Source of the DNA: Raillietiella orientalis
Taxonomy: Eukaryota
NCBI GenBank assembly: GCA_036172245.1
Contig: JAYWIR010000037.1
Coordinates: forward strand, 1,240,001-1,304,000
DNA: 64,000 nt
Direction: 5' to 3'
Shown here: positions 38,500 through 51,249 of the stretch, piece by piece
Layout of the letters: the number at the start of each line of letters is the position of its first letter
Numbering within the stretch: the first letter of the stretch is position 1
Translations under genes and position numbers: made by a program
The notes under the pieces: generated by a model
Told to the model about the DNA's origin: nothing
Seen by the model: the letters and a program-made list of their open reading frames with translations, nothing else
Databases searched by the model: none

Positions 38500-39750
38500 G
38501 ATCTGAGGACTGCGACATTTTGTCACTATTGACAGGTCAGAATTCTTCACCCATTTTGCACGCACATCTCCGATCAGACGGAGTTCAAGAAAATAAACGT
38601 GCACTATGAGAGTGAACCTTCATCTGATGGCCAGCACGAATGGGATTATTCGTTCTACATTGAGAGCTTTTCATCTTTCAAGGATGCTACATGTAATTTC
38701 GTTTGCTTTGAGTGCCACGAATGAGTCCCTCAAATTTAAAATGCAATATTAGCGCACTTTTGAGGGGATTCTATAAAAACTCATTTGTGGAATTTTTTCA
38801 ATTTTTTGCAGATGCATTTTGAGAGAACGTTTTGCCTTCTCATAATTGAAATTTGATCTTTGTTTATCCAAGGTGATGACCATAAAGTTCTCTGCAATAC
38901 TTCAAAGATGTGGGAGGTTGCTATAGCGTGCCGGGCATTTGGAAGAATTCGCATGCTATTGCAAAGTTACGAGCCAATGGCGTTTTCTGATAAGAATCAA
39001 ATAGCAAAAACTTCGAATTATCGACTGCTTTGCTTATGTGCTTTTGTGTTTTTCCCAGTAAGTACCACCGTGAGACACAGCATCAATAACTGCGGGCATC
39101 TCCAGGAGGCAGCACGGAGAGGACATCTGCATGATGGACGCGATCATCTGTTGGTGTTTTCTGCTTTTCCGTCATTGGATTACTGATGTAGATTACTGAT
39201 GATGGGGGCATAATGATTCTTTACTTGATAGTATCGCTACAGAAGACGATCAATGCATTCCGCAATTATTCCGAGATGGAGAACCGAGAGCATATCCCAC
39301 AAATGAATACACGAATGTATTGATTCATTACTTTGCTGAATGAATCCTCTCTGAGTTCCTCTCTGAGCTACAGTAATGATGAAAAACTCCCAACGTTTTT
39401 TTCAGAGATGACCTCGAGATGAATTGCATTAATAAATAACAGCAAATCGAAGAAACTCATCAGAAAAGATCAAATCGAAACTCAAAAACATGAATGTCGA
39501 TGTTCTCTAGGAAAGAATTTTTTTCTGATGACCACTAAAGGTTTGAATTCATACGCATAATCGTTTTGCCTTAAAAGTGACATTGCAATCGCTCCTTTTT
39601 TGATATGATCAGCCCAGTTGATTGGCAATGGTTTTAGTGACGCAGGCAAAACGTAAAAGAGACATTCCTATTTCCTTCGAGATGAGTGTTTCATTTTTTT
39701 TTACAATCAGTCAGTACGACCCTGGAAATGTGATTCACTGATACTCTGGT
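38500..39750 (+). pseudogene. EVE: L protein RdRp core
   Basis: FEGIL*KL at 38759-38782 (motif B GGFEGILQKL), FIQGDDHKV with QGDD at 38869-38880 (motif C; ORF 38860..39186), then DGGIMILL and DDLEMN. Confidence 0.7.
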
Positions 39751-40688
39751 GCTTTCCATAAACAAATGTGCACACGGATTGCAATGAAACCACTGACTAG
39801 TGTCTCGGTAGTCAGTCGTTCTCTGCCTGTGTTCAATTCGAGCTATCCAGAGAAACAAAGAGCTCCAAGACAGGAGTGGCTATGTTTCGAAACAAATCAT
39901 GCATGGATTCATGTTTGTATTGTTAATGATGGTTTTCGAAAACGCAAGGTCTATCGTCCCTGTGAAACTGTAGTTACTCTTGCGAGTATAGTTCAGTTAG
40001 GTAAACCTATTTTTCCGAAAATAGAGAAGAGGAAACTCAAAGAAGAAATGAGTTTCTTCAAAAGTGACCATGTCGATTGAAGAGATGCTGATGCAAGCTG
40101 ATTGTGGACCGGATAATTCACGTGAGTTTGTGATATTCGGAAAAAAAAATCAACACTTGAGTAAGGATACCAATTCAAGGAAGAGCAAAAAAGAAAGGGT
40201 ATGTAGATGTAGGTATGGAATAGGAAATACTTCCTATTTTAACACTGTGCATGGGAAAGTGGGATTTTCAACGGAAAAACTCTTTCCTGATAATAAAAAA
40301 GAAACATGAATCGTGCACAATAGATAAGAAATTTTCAAATCATTTCAGGAGGAAACGAGAATATACTTTGATGCTTCCAAAAAAAAAATCTGTTTCCAGT
40401 ACTCCTACACAAAGTCTAAAGCAAAAAGTGTTCGTTTCTTTGTCTCGTCTATCCATTTTCATCAGTTAAGATCCATCTTTACAGCTTTCGAAGGAAAGAA
40501 GATTTCTGTTTCTAAAAATCCACTATTTCAAGGACTCCATGTTCCATGGATGAAAAAACTGCAACAGATTTATATTACGATATTCTGTTCAACGCTATCG
40601 AAGAAAAATATCTCATGCAGCTACATAATATCAAGAACTTCCATGCCTCACTTTTTGGTACCAATGAGCCAACGTCAGCAGAAAAATC

Positions 40689-40766
40689 AACCTAACCTAA
40701 GCTATGCAAACCTACGAAAGTCACCCTAGCCTAACTCGACGTAACCTAAACTAATGTAACCTAACC
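40689..40766. repeat. Degenerate (TAACC)n / TTAGG arthropod-telomere-like tract
   Basis: aacctaacctaa...cctagcctaac...gtaacctaaactaatgtaacctaacc. Confidence 0.6.
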
Positions 40767-40899
40767 ATGTGTGTTTTAAAGACTATTCAAGTACCTGAGA
40801 AATAAGCAATTTCTTTACATAGCATGCATTTTCTTAAGAGGGACTCGATTCTAGCGTCGACGGCGTCTTCTATGATAAGCTGCTGGTTTCACAACATCC

Positions 40900-41580
40900 A
40901 TCCGCAACATACGTACGTAACTTCTCCAGCAAACCTTCTCTCTGTAGTGAAAAGGGAATTGTTGGTGCCAACTACCGAAGATCTGCGGAAATTTGTGCTG
41001 GGAATGATCAAAAGATCCAACTCTGACGTGCAAACGTGTGGGTGGCGGGAAGCGCCCGCTTCCAGCAGGATGAAAGAGACATGGAAGTTCAGAGAGAGAG
41101 GAAATCAAATTCCATCACGCATACGAGAAGAGAAATCATCCAAAGCCACAGTAGGGTCCAGTTCAGGAAAACGCGGCTTTCATACGAGATTTACACAAAC
41201 GCCGCATCTCCACGCACTGCCTGTTTGAGAGGAGCCAACATGGAACAGCGTGGATTCGATCTGTGCTGCATCACAAAACTCCAATTTGATTACGGAAAGA
41301 CAACACGAACTGGTTTTCCAGATCAAGAAGGCTACCCAGAAAGATGAGACGCTGGTGACCTGTACCCACGCTATCTCTAGGAAGGAGTCCAAGCTTCGAT
41401 AAGAGCTGTTGTTGCACAGCAAGGGAGAGTAATTGTACTGAACATCGCCTATTTGTTGGAGGAATCATTGGAGGCTCAGGAAGGCTGGAGATAAAGAAAG
41501 CACGCTCGAAGGATTGGTCCTTTACTTGACCTTTAACAAATTACTCCGAACATTGCATCGAAAGGAACCAAGAGGAGGAT
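40900..41580 (+). mobile_element. Ty3/Gypsy LTR retrotransposon pol fragment (RNase H-integrase linker)
   Basis: YEIY..ACLR (cf. Y.I.Y..ADCLSR), QIKKATQKDETL, GRVIV; also LLVPTTEDLRKFVL. Confidence 0.55.
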
Positions 41581-41599
41581 GAACTCCATCCATCCATAA

Positions 41600-42010
41600 T
41601 ACCACCTTCATCTATAAGAGTCTTTCTTTTCCCTTTAACTCAACGATAAAATCTGGGATGTCATCAGTTGTAAGAATGATGAACTTCCTTACTACCAGCA
41701 TCGACCTTCCACCATCAAATATACTCCTTTCACAAGTACCCCTTTCACTATGATCTGCTCTTACCGTGAGCGATCATCTCAGTGTGCATACCCATCACTG
41801 CAAAGGATCGCCAGAGAATCCTTAAATCGTGGGCTCCAAAAGGAAGCAACGAAACGTTGAAAGAAATCCAGCTCCAGGAAGATCACATCAGGAAAAAACT
41901 GGAGTAGTCGAACATTAGATTTTCCTGGAGTATTGAGTGTATACGTTGGAAGCATCGGCTGGGTATTGAACGTGATGAAGCCAACCTTAGAAGTTGCAGC
42001 CTTGTCCAAG
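41600..42010 (-). pseudogene. Possible L-protein methyltransferase remnant
   Basis: ITFNTQP..AILCSDG..VLVKGVY (ORF 41779..42009 and downstream) follows the FN(S/T), D, K motif order. Confidence 0.3.
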
Positions 42011-43486
42011 GGATGAGATGAAGAGAACGGTATAAATGTGAAACGTAAAAAATTTTCTTCTACACTACTGTCTGCAGCTCCAGCATATCTTACATGCAGG
42101 CAAATACAAACACAAAAAAATCAAGGTTTCTCCCGGAAGCTCATGCAAACAGCTTTTCTACTTCCAGGGTTTCTCGCTTGCGCTTTTCGATCTGCAGAGG
42201 GCTGATCAGTTCATTTTATTTTTCCCTTTGTCAGCAGCATTGGAACACAAGAAATCAGTTCTAAGAACAGACAAATTCATTTTCGATGTGTCCTTATCGA
42301 GCTAGAGTCCTTCCATAGGAAATCGAATCAAGATGGATGATGGCCGGGAGGTTGGGTTAATTTCGTTACGAAAGGTTCTTGAAGGAAAACAACGCATGCT
42401 TCAAAGCATGGATGAGGGAACACGAAAAGCAAGCAAAGGAAAATCCAAGGAAATCAAGAAACGATCAGAGCTTAAATGATGTGTCCAGTTTACCTTTCAA
42501 AGCATGAAGAAGAGGACCGTTCTCAAAGTCATGCTCAGCTCATGTCCCTCCTCCTCAAGTCGTTCAACTAAACGATTATCTTCTGGTTTCCCATACTCGA
42601 GCGTTGGAGGTGCGTTCTTCCAAGCAGTCCAGAAGGACATCCTCAGAAACTTTGGTCTCGAATACCGACCTGTTTCTTTTTGTTTGAACTTGAAAATTCG
42701 GGAAAATAAGCACTTCGAATTTCAGTGATGTGACGACTGTTTTTGATGCTTGCATGACTTACTTGAGTTCCATCACGATCACACCACACTGCTTTCTCAT
42801 CCCCTATTTCATCCAGCCACGCAACTAAAGTCTTTCAATCTTTTCAATTCCGGACTTAGCCTCCGAATTCGCTGATGCACATCATGGGTTAGGATAATGG
42901 GGGGGGAGGGACCCATCTTCTGTCTGCTTTCGTTAAGACGGATTCTAAGCACTCTTGTGACGTGCTTAGCAACGGATGCAAATGTGGTAATCTGTTTTTG
43001 AGTTCATTCTTCCGGGATTCTAGCGGCACAAAAGCACTGGGATAACCTTTAAAAACGGATAAAAAGGAACCGTTCCTAATTTCTGTTTATTTCATAAGTT
43101 TTAACTCAAAAATATTCTTTCCATTTTTTCAAAATTTCACACCCAAGGGTAAGAACAAGTATTTTTTCCCACGAAATCCTCAGATGTATGGTATCTAGCT
43201 GATTTGTCTCCATCCTCTGATGAGATCGATTAAACACTGTTTACCGAGGACTCATAGAATTCATGAAGAAATCTCTCGAATGAAAGTACCATCAAGGAAA
43301 TGCTTCATAATGTTCTCTTCTTTAAAAGCATGTTCAACAAACCCAACCTATCTTTGGATTCTTAAAATGAACATAAATGAATTCATGCTACCATAAATTT
43401 CGCCACAAAGAAGGAAAAAAAACTCGTATTTGCCAGCCAACCTTAATGTCACCCCCTGACAACCGATAGGTGCAAATAGTTTTCAG

Positions 43487-43513
43487 CAGATTTCAGCAGC
43501 CTGCTGAAATCTG
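43487..43513. repeat. Near-perfect palindrome (13-bp arms, 1-nt spacer)
   Basis: cagatttcagcag-c-ctgctgaaatctg. Confidence 0.9.
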
Positions 43514-43549
43514 TTTTCCTTTTTACGGAAATCATATTTGCCATTTGGT

Positions 43550-44330
43550 AGCATCCAACATCCGATTCTTGGCAAGACGTTCCTCCGCAAGGAGCTCAAT
43601 TTTGTTTGAGTTCTTTGTGCGCTCAGAGCTTGCGTTGTTTATTCTGAGAACAGATTCAGTGCCTTGAGAAGCTAGTTACTGCTTCCATTGGTTGAAACGG
43701 TCAAATGTTGGTAAAAGTTTCTTGTCCATTCTTGCAATGGGAATATCTCCAGAGAATGAAATGCCTATTCGGTCGAAGTGACCAATACCCGCCTTGAATT
43801 CGACTGTAATGACTGAAATTTCTTTCATTGCGCTTTTCTTTACTTCCCAGCTAGAAGCCTCTTAGGCAGGTATGCTCTTTGAAAGAGCTGAGAATAACAA
43901 AGGCATGACTGTGAAGCGACCCATCCAGCATGGCTTCGGAACAGATACAGAACTTTCGCGTGCCCTTCCTAAACTTGATGTGCATCTGAAGCAGTCAGCC
44001 ATGTTTGCCTAATGTCAAGGGACTCGTGACTGATTTCTGGTTTTGAATGGGAGAAGTAAGCGTTCTGTGAGCTAAGCAGAATACTACCTTCCTACAGACA
44101 CTGTTTCTCTTGGATTTCCGAGTCCAGTCACCTCAGGGAAGAATCACAAGCTTTCAGACAAGGAATCCGTATTTATTCTCTCATGCATATCCAGGAAATG
44201 CATCAGAGGCAGTCTCATAAGATTTGTTGCATGAAACTTTTGCAGGAAGGTGACGTGGGAGAGATCATCAAAAACGCCGTCATGGGGATAGATGCAGTTG
44301 AGTCTTCATACGAGAGTCAACGGGGTACAT
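43550..44330 (-). pseudogene. Possible orthomyxovirus NP-like EVE
   Basis: FLV*KLVILP*GDWTRKS (cf. FLARSALILRGSVAHKS), HIKFRKGTRKFCICSE, ISFSG. Confidence 0.3.
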
Positions 44331-44429
44331 CCAGAGTTGAAGAGAGCAAATAAGGAGTGCACCTCCAACTTTTTGCTTCTTAACATTACAATTTAAAGAA
44401 CTCTACGAAACATTGGAGACTCCTCCGGA

Positions 44430-44800
44430 GAAAACTCTATTCTACGCTACGGGGTGATCTTGTGCTGATCGCCATCCGAAGATGGACTCTGGAATCTGCA
44501 GCATGATCGGAAAAAAAAGCTGGGCTATAAATCAATCCCAACAAGTGCACTTCGGAGCCATGAAACCAAGGGATGTGAGGAAGGCCACTTTCAATGCTGA
44601 ATAAAACTCCATCTCGGTGTCAGATTTCGGCAAGACCTACAGGTACCTGGACCAACCAGTTGACTCGGGATGATTTTTGTGGCAGGCCAGGAAACAGCAG
44701 GATTATTGCACAAGCGCTCTCAGTAATGGGTTGCATATGAGCTCCATGGCAACAGTTGGATGCCGTGGAAGGGAAGCTTTCTCACACACTACCGACGGCT
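44430..44800 (+). mobile_element. R2-superfamily (NeSL/Utopia-like) RT fragment
   Basis: YG(D)DLVLIA with a 1-nt deletion (cf. YADDLVLIA), GL*INPNKC, APWQQLDAV (cf. LAPWQK.DA). Confidence 0.65.
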
Positions 44801-45044
44801 GAGAATATTCAAGAGAACGGAGTGTCTATTTACCAAAAAGGACGTCGGCAGTCAGTGAAGTGATGCATTAAAACACCCAAGGGAACATCCGAGAAATACT
44901 TGCAGCAAGATTCCTAGGTCGAGGCACTTCACCTGACGAGGTCGCCTGCATCGGCATTGGCAGTTGTCATCCTTGTTGGATCCGACAGTGCAGGAAGTAC
45001 TGCAGAGTGCATCGTAGTCTGTGGTTAAAAAGCGCTTATAAGCA

Positions 45045-45720
45045 CCACCGTTATCACCCGGTTGCGCTGGGGTGTTTCTTTTCCAAAAGAAGAAAAATAA
45101 GCAGGCAACGTGGATCGATGAACCCAAAAGTCCATGAAAAATTTAGGAAGATAAGAAAACAAGGAGAACCACCAGCTCGCACAGATCAGATGCACAAAGA
45201 GCAGAGAGGTTTAAGGGGAGGAGACATGAAATAAATAAATAAATAAAAAGGGGAAGAAGGGACAAGGGTCCCCGGTTATACTCGCCGCACCTTCTGTAGC
45301 CTGAGTGAGATTCAGGAGGCGTCCTCCTCCACTCCATCAGCTTTGAAATTCCATTTGGCCGCATTACTTATAATTGCCGAATTGAAGCATGTGGTCCTTC
45401 TTTCTTAGTGGCACGCATCCTGAGTGTTTCAGGACGTTGCTATCCTCCTGAGGCAACACAAGATAGAGATGCAAGAAGCAGCAATGCAGCATCCCTACCA
45501 GAGTGTCCTCGGGTCGGAGTGGGACAGTCGCGAGGCGTTTCCTGGTACGTCAAAGTTTCCATTTCCCCGCAGCTGGCACAGTTCGGAGGGACGCCGCTCC
45601 CCATCGTCCAGCTATGCCGCCGTTGGTTGCACGAACACATGGACTTGCCTCTAAAGATGTGGCTTATACCAAAATAGACATTTTTCTAGGATTTCTGGAG
45701 TCTTGGAATTCGGACAGTAT
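45045..45720 (-). mobile_element. 3' end of L1/Tx1-clade LINE
   Basis: PPNCASCGEMETL knuckle (ORF 45440..45640), pyrimidine-rich 3'UTR, terminal ccccagcgcaaccgggtga. Confidence 0.65.
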
Positions 45721-46199
45721 TGAGAGAATTGAAACTTCCAAAGGATCAAGCAGGAATGATGTCCCCGAATACACGGTGGTAGTCCCAGGATGTCTACTGG
45801 AAACATTGGATGGGTGAATCTCCTGTTATAAAGCAGCATTCGGAAATCTCAGAAGTAGCTATAAAAAGAGGTAAGAGATAATGAGTACAGTTTCTTTCAC
45901 TTTTCCTCTTTTAAATTATTGTACGTACAAAATTTGAATACGACTACTGGGAACTGCTCCGAACACAGCAGCTAATGAAAGGGGAGAAAAGACATGCTGT
46001 ATTCAGTTCATTCATAGAATTTGAAGTACAATAGTGAGCTACTGTCAGAGTGAGACAAAGAAGCAGCAGACCTACGAATGCCTAGGCGGTTGTGCCATGT
46101 TGCCTTCGTTCAATAATTGTGTGATGTGCAACTTTTCCCATGCCACCCCATATACTGATGGCCGAGCATCGGAGACCGACTCTGATTCGGACGGTGATG

Positions 46200-49100
46200 G
46201 GAATTTTGCTTATTAGTCCACACCTGTTCGTGAGTCTCGAAAAGAAACTTTCCTGAGTGAAGGAGTTCAAAAATCAGAATGCTCGATAACCCGTAGCTGT
46301 TCGTCCATTGAAATGGCAGCTCCGATATTTCCCATTGAGTATCCTTCAAATCTATCCTTTAAGCTTCCCGTCCCATTGTAGTTGAGACAATGGAATAGAA
46401 AAGAGAGTGATAGGAACAACTGCTACTCTGTTTTCGAAGATGTCCCTCGTAAATGACATCGCATTAGTCTGTATGGAAAAACTGATGCTGTTCACATCGA
46501 CCCTCCTGCTGTACCTTGCAAAGATATTTCTGAAGGACAGGTAACTTTCAGAGATGCCGAGTTCATGCAAAACAGATGGAAGAGCTCATTCTGCCATCTG
46601 CATGTCTCTGTAAGAATTCAGAAAGGAAAATAGGATCATTGGGTACTGACTCTGCACCAAGAAACTTGAACCTACTGCAGGTCATTCACTTGCTGAGCTC
46701 CGTATAATGAGTAATTCTACTGCTTAAAAAACGTAAACTATACAGGCTCCTTACAAAAGTTCGTTTACTCATTTATGAAAATGATGCCGTTTTGCAAGCC
46801 AAGGGTCGACAAACTCTGTTTCGAATTTCTTCCCAAGAACTTATGATCATCACAAGCTTCGGATTATTTAGGATGTGCAGCAATATATCAAGTGAATCTC
46901 CAAAATGAATCAAAGGAATGTCATTCTGCTGTAATTCGTAATGACGAAGTTCCAATGTTCATTACCTTTATTAAAACTCCTTGCAGCTGAAGAAAAGCAA
47001 AGAAAATGACTCACACAGATCTTCACTCGGCTACATTTGCACTCTGACTATGTAAGCCTGAGGTGAGGATATGATTTACATGAGACCCAGGATTGTAAAG
47101 TGATGAATTTACCCAGAGGTATTCACAAATGACGAGTAGTTTACCGATACTACGGATGTCGATTACGTTGTCTGGATCCTTAGCTTTCATGGAAAACAGC
47201 ACAGATGATTGTGGATGAATTACATTTTGATTGCTTCATGGTGCTCTTAGTAAAGCGTTCAGTGATGTCACTCACTTTTTGAGGCATTGATTGAATTTCC
47301 CCATTTACATAGTATCACTCTAAAAGACTGATGAAGCTTAAAATTGCGGCTCTTTAAAAATTGCAGCTCTGACTCCGCAGAGCGAAGAATGGACAATGCT
47401 TCTTCACCCATGGTCAGCACATCATTGATCTTCCATGAGGTAAGTGAATACAATTCGAGCATGCATACTCACCCCCCGTTTATTTCTACGGAAAAGTCGA
47501 AGCTGAAATGTCAATACCAGCGTCTATTTCTCAAAAATGCAGACTGCTTACCATTTTGCCGGTCATCGGATGCCACTTTTTTTGAATCCGAAAATTCGTC
47601 GATACTTGTCTGGGTTCTGTACAGCACACTCATTTACAGGCCAATTACATGACTAAAATTTTCCAGCTGAATCCATTATGGTACGAAGAAAACTTCGGTG
47701 TTTTGGAAGTTAATATTGATTTCTTCTGATGGAAGCAAGGAGAAACTGGGAAAGAAATCTCCATTTTTCCTATTTTTAAAAGGTTTCCTTTGTGGGAAGA
47801 TGCTTGAAAAAAAAAAAAATTCATAAGAGCGGAAGGAATTTCGTTCACCAATCTACTTGAGGTGAATTAGTGGACAGAAACCGCTGCCTTCAATGAAATT
47901 CTATTTGAAATTATTTCTATAAGAAGACCTTTGTAGAAAGATGCCTATGACGTTTAGATAGCAAAGGAAAGTGACGATATTGAGGTCCAGGATTCGCTGT
48001 TTTCTTTGTAACATTTTGCACGAGTAGGCTCCAGTATATACCTACATGTATAGAAAGAATGGGCTTCCTTCTAGAGAATAAACTAGACTAAATTGAAAGT
48101 ACAAATGATGAGTAAGATTTCTGAACCACTAAGACATAAAATCTCAACACAGGAGAATTCAATGTGCGATGAAAGAAGTGTTGCAAAAGTGAGCATGTTT
48201 TCTATGGTAATTTCAGTTTTCTTCAGAGTTTTTCTTCACCACTTGCACTGTTGTTATCTTCATGAAGACTAGATAATTACAGAGAAAGAAATTGAGCAGA
48301 GACCTGCTTCGAAAAGCTTTTCATAACTAAGAGCACTTTTCTAAACATACAAAGTGTTCTATGGGGGACAAAACTGAACATGCTCGAGTTCCACACCGGG
48401 ACATGTCCTTTGACTGTCCTCTAAGTGAAATCGTCGCTAAGTCTTAACGACCTCGCGAACGAAAAAGAGAAACAGCTTAGGAAGAAAGGTGTAGTGATTT
48501 AATGTAGCTATGCTATCAAGGAAGGAATTAAATCGGAAATCCACTGCTTTCCACGTCTTTTGCATGCACAATCCTGCAACACGAAGGAACGAAACAAACC
48601 GGGACTTTCTTATGTCTCAAGCCTTCGTCCATTGAATAGTCATTCTGGGAGAAAATGGAAAGAATGCATCTTGCATTCTCACTGATTCCCACGAGCACAT
48701 GTACCATCCACATATTTGCTTTAGTACGAATGCTGAGACAACCGTCGAACCAGAGCTCATTGCCTAAAAGGTTCATTGAACGGACTGATTTGGATTTCAA
48801 TTAGTGAACCTCAAAACTTTCTCAGCTGACCTCTAAAAGCAAGTTGATTTTCTCAAGAGCTCTGTGTTCGGAAACGCAAACACGTCATCCACATCCTTTA
48901 GAAGAGCTTTATCAGAGCACAGTGCCTATTATTCCTTTTCTTTAGACCGATGCACTCCATAGATACAAGATCTATGTTTCTCGCAACGAGTTTTAGCTAT
49001 CATACTCCGAAGCTAGCCCAAAGTTCAATGACGAAGCTAAAAAGTTCACGAGAACAGTTTTCCTTCATTAAATGTTAATGACTTGGAATGTTCGAAATGT

Positions 49101-49400
49101 TAATTACCTAAACAGTTTCCTTTCATAAAATGTTGACAAAAGAATATCTGCAGGTTAAAAAATGCTGATGAAACCGGACTTCGAATTTTATGTGTAGAAC
49201 ACTTGACTCTCGGTGCATAGAGTCCCTAAATATTTTCATGTGCATATTTGCATGAAATTAAGGTTCTTATATTAGGATCCTTGTCAGCTCAAATTTAGGA
49301 CAAATTTCCAAACCAGAAATGCTATCTCATAATTTTGTATTCGTTTGCATTTAACTCATGACAAATTAGCAGCAAAAATGAAAGGGTGCACGCATAAGCT
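46200..49400 (-). pseudogene. EVE: longest L remnant, RdRp N-terminus to start of methyltransferase
   Basis: In order: ENI*GLY, LCSDKAL, LLLEVS*ESF, ISENARCILSIFSQNDYSMDE (ORF 48528..48800), LSYEKLFEAG (motif B), EDN..QVV (motif C), SESWTS (motif D), FYKG, SFPVSP, WKILV, KWGNSI (ORF 47268..47462), SG*IHHF (HR-like), TATGYR. Confidence 0.7.
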
Positions 49401-49699
49401 CCTTGCAAGGCTACTTCCTAAATGCAAATGGGAGCTTCCATGCTGCCAATCTATTCAGAGATGCAGATGCGAATTGTAGCTCCTAGGAAACAGATATTAT
49501 GCGAGCCCACTCTTTTTCGATGGAAGATTGAAATGAAAAACATTCGGAAAGTTTCGTTCCAGTTGGCTTTTTCGTTCTTTCATTACAAAAGCCTTGGAAT
49601 TCAATGATGATGAATTTTGAAGCAACTCCGCTTAAACTGCGACGCCGTGCAAAGCATGTGCACGTATTTCTTTTATCTGATACTGCTACACAGATTTGG

Positions 49700-51050
49700 T
49701 GTGTTTTTTCTTTTTTTTTTTGAAATTTTTGTAACCATCTTCCGAACATTTCAAAACGAGGATCCAAACAAAATTGAAATTGAGATTGCTCGCGTCGGAG
49801 ACTTTGTGGTTGAGGCTTCCGCGCGTGGCACCATGCGTCGTGGGATCGAATACTCCGGCAGAAACTGACGCCACTGCGCCGTTGGGTTCCGAGTTTCTCC
49901 TGCAATGGCGCTGGTTGGCCGAGACATTCGGGCGTGGCACCGGTGGTCCCTTAAGCCGGAGGCCCCTGATGAAGGCCGGAACAATGGGAGTCGACCTTCG
50001 GGTTCTTCCAGGAATCAAGGAGTGGGGAGTTCCCCCTCCGGTCGTACAACGGAGAGCGGACCCCCTTAGCGGGGGTACCCTTCCGGTTTCAACATGGAGC
50101 AAGGAGCCCTCACGGGCACCTATCCAGTTGTTTAAAGGAGCGGACCCCTCCTGTTGCGGGGGGATCCTCAAGTAGCCGCCTCTTCAGAAGAGTGCAAGGA
50201 AGCGATCGAGAGCGATCCCCCTGAGGGAAGCTGCAGCGCCCCTTCTGAATTTCGGAAGCTTCCCTTCGGGGTTCTCTTCAGAGGAGTGAACAGGAGCGGT
50301 TCCCTTGTGGGTTCCCTCCGGAGAAGAAATTCCTACTAGCGGATCCTTTCCGGTTCCCTTCGGAGAAGATGAAATGGAGAGGACCACGTTTCATCCCGGG
50401 GGGTGTCCTTCAGGAGAGAATGAGGAAGGAGATTCCCTTCGGGGTTCCCCTTCAGAGACAATCAGAGTAGGAGGTGTGATCCCCCCTTCCCAAACGTGAG
50501 AGGAACGGACTCCGAGCCTTTCCACAAAGCCTCCCATTCCATGGGTCAGTCGTTACAATAAACCAAATCCAGTCCATCAAAACAAATTCCACACCTGCAG
50601 AAGCTTCTACGATTGGATGAAACCATCTTGACCTCCCATTCATCTAATTTACAGAATACCTCGTAGTCAGATTTTCTGTCTCCACTTCACAGTTTCCGCA
50701 TCTGTTGACGTCCAAGCATTTTAATTTCTCACTGGACATTCTCCACAATATTTTTCTGTCCAGATCTTAATAGTCCCAGGGCATTTCGACAGAATAACTG
50801 CACTTTAAGAGTCTTACTTATCACCTTACATTATCCAACTCGTATCAGCCTATACCCTTTTATAAACATAACCAATTCTGCTCATATACCAATCGATTGA
50901 TCATGGCTCTCCTACTCGTTATTACTTCTTTATCGATCACCATTCTTATTAATTCCTTATCCGTAATAACATGGTACGCCATCAACCTTTACCTCGCCTA
51001 CGTCGGAGGCATTTGTGATGAGTTGATATAATGACAAAATTGTCACCTAT
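49700..51050 (-). mobile_element. Tx1/L1-type ORF1 (gag-like) remnant with a low-complexity Pro/Glu/Gly-rich tail
   Basis: VKVDGVP, GYRLIRV, GQKKYCGEC and RCGNC knuckle remnants, then a GC-rich imperfect repeat encoding SPEG/SPKG/NPEG units (about 49900-50500). Confidence 0.55.
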
Positions 51051-51249
51051 CAAGATTCATAATGTCACATTTGGAGTTCCCTCCTACTACTGGTATGTCG
51101 AATATTCTCATCAAATTTGTATCATGAGCTATGGAACTAAGCAATCAGTGTTGTCTGTGGAACACAAGTGGAATCATCTCTAGTGGAAGCTCTGAGAATG
51201 ATCAGCATCTGACTCATATTTTGGTTGAGAAACTTTTCTTTGAGTAGCA

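Noticed and set aside
40205..40250. Ubiquitin-specific protease Cys box (GIGNTSYFNT)
   Set aside because: The catalytic Cys is absent and no His box was found.
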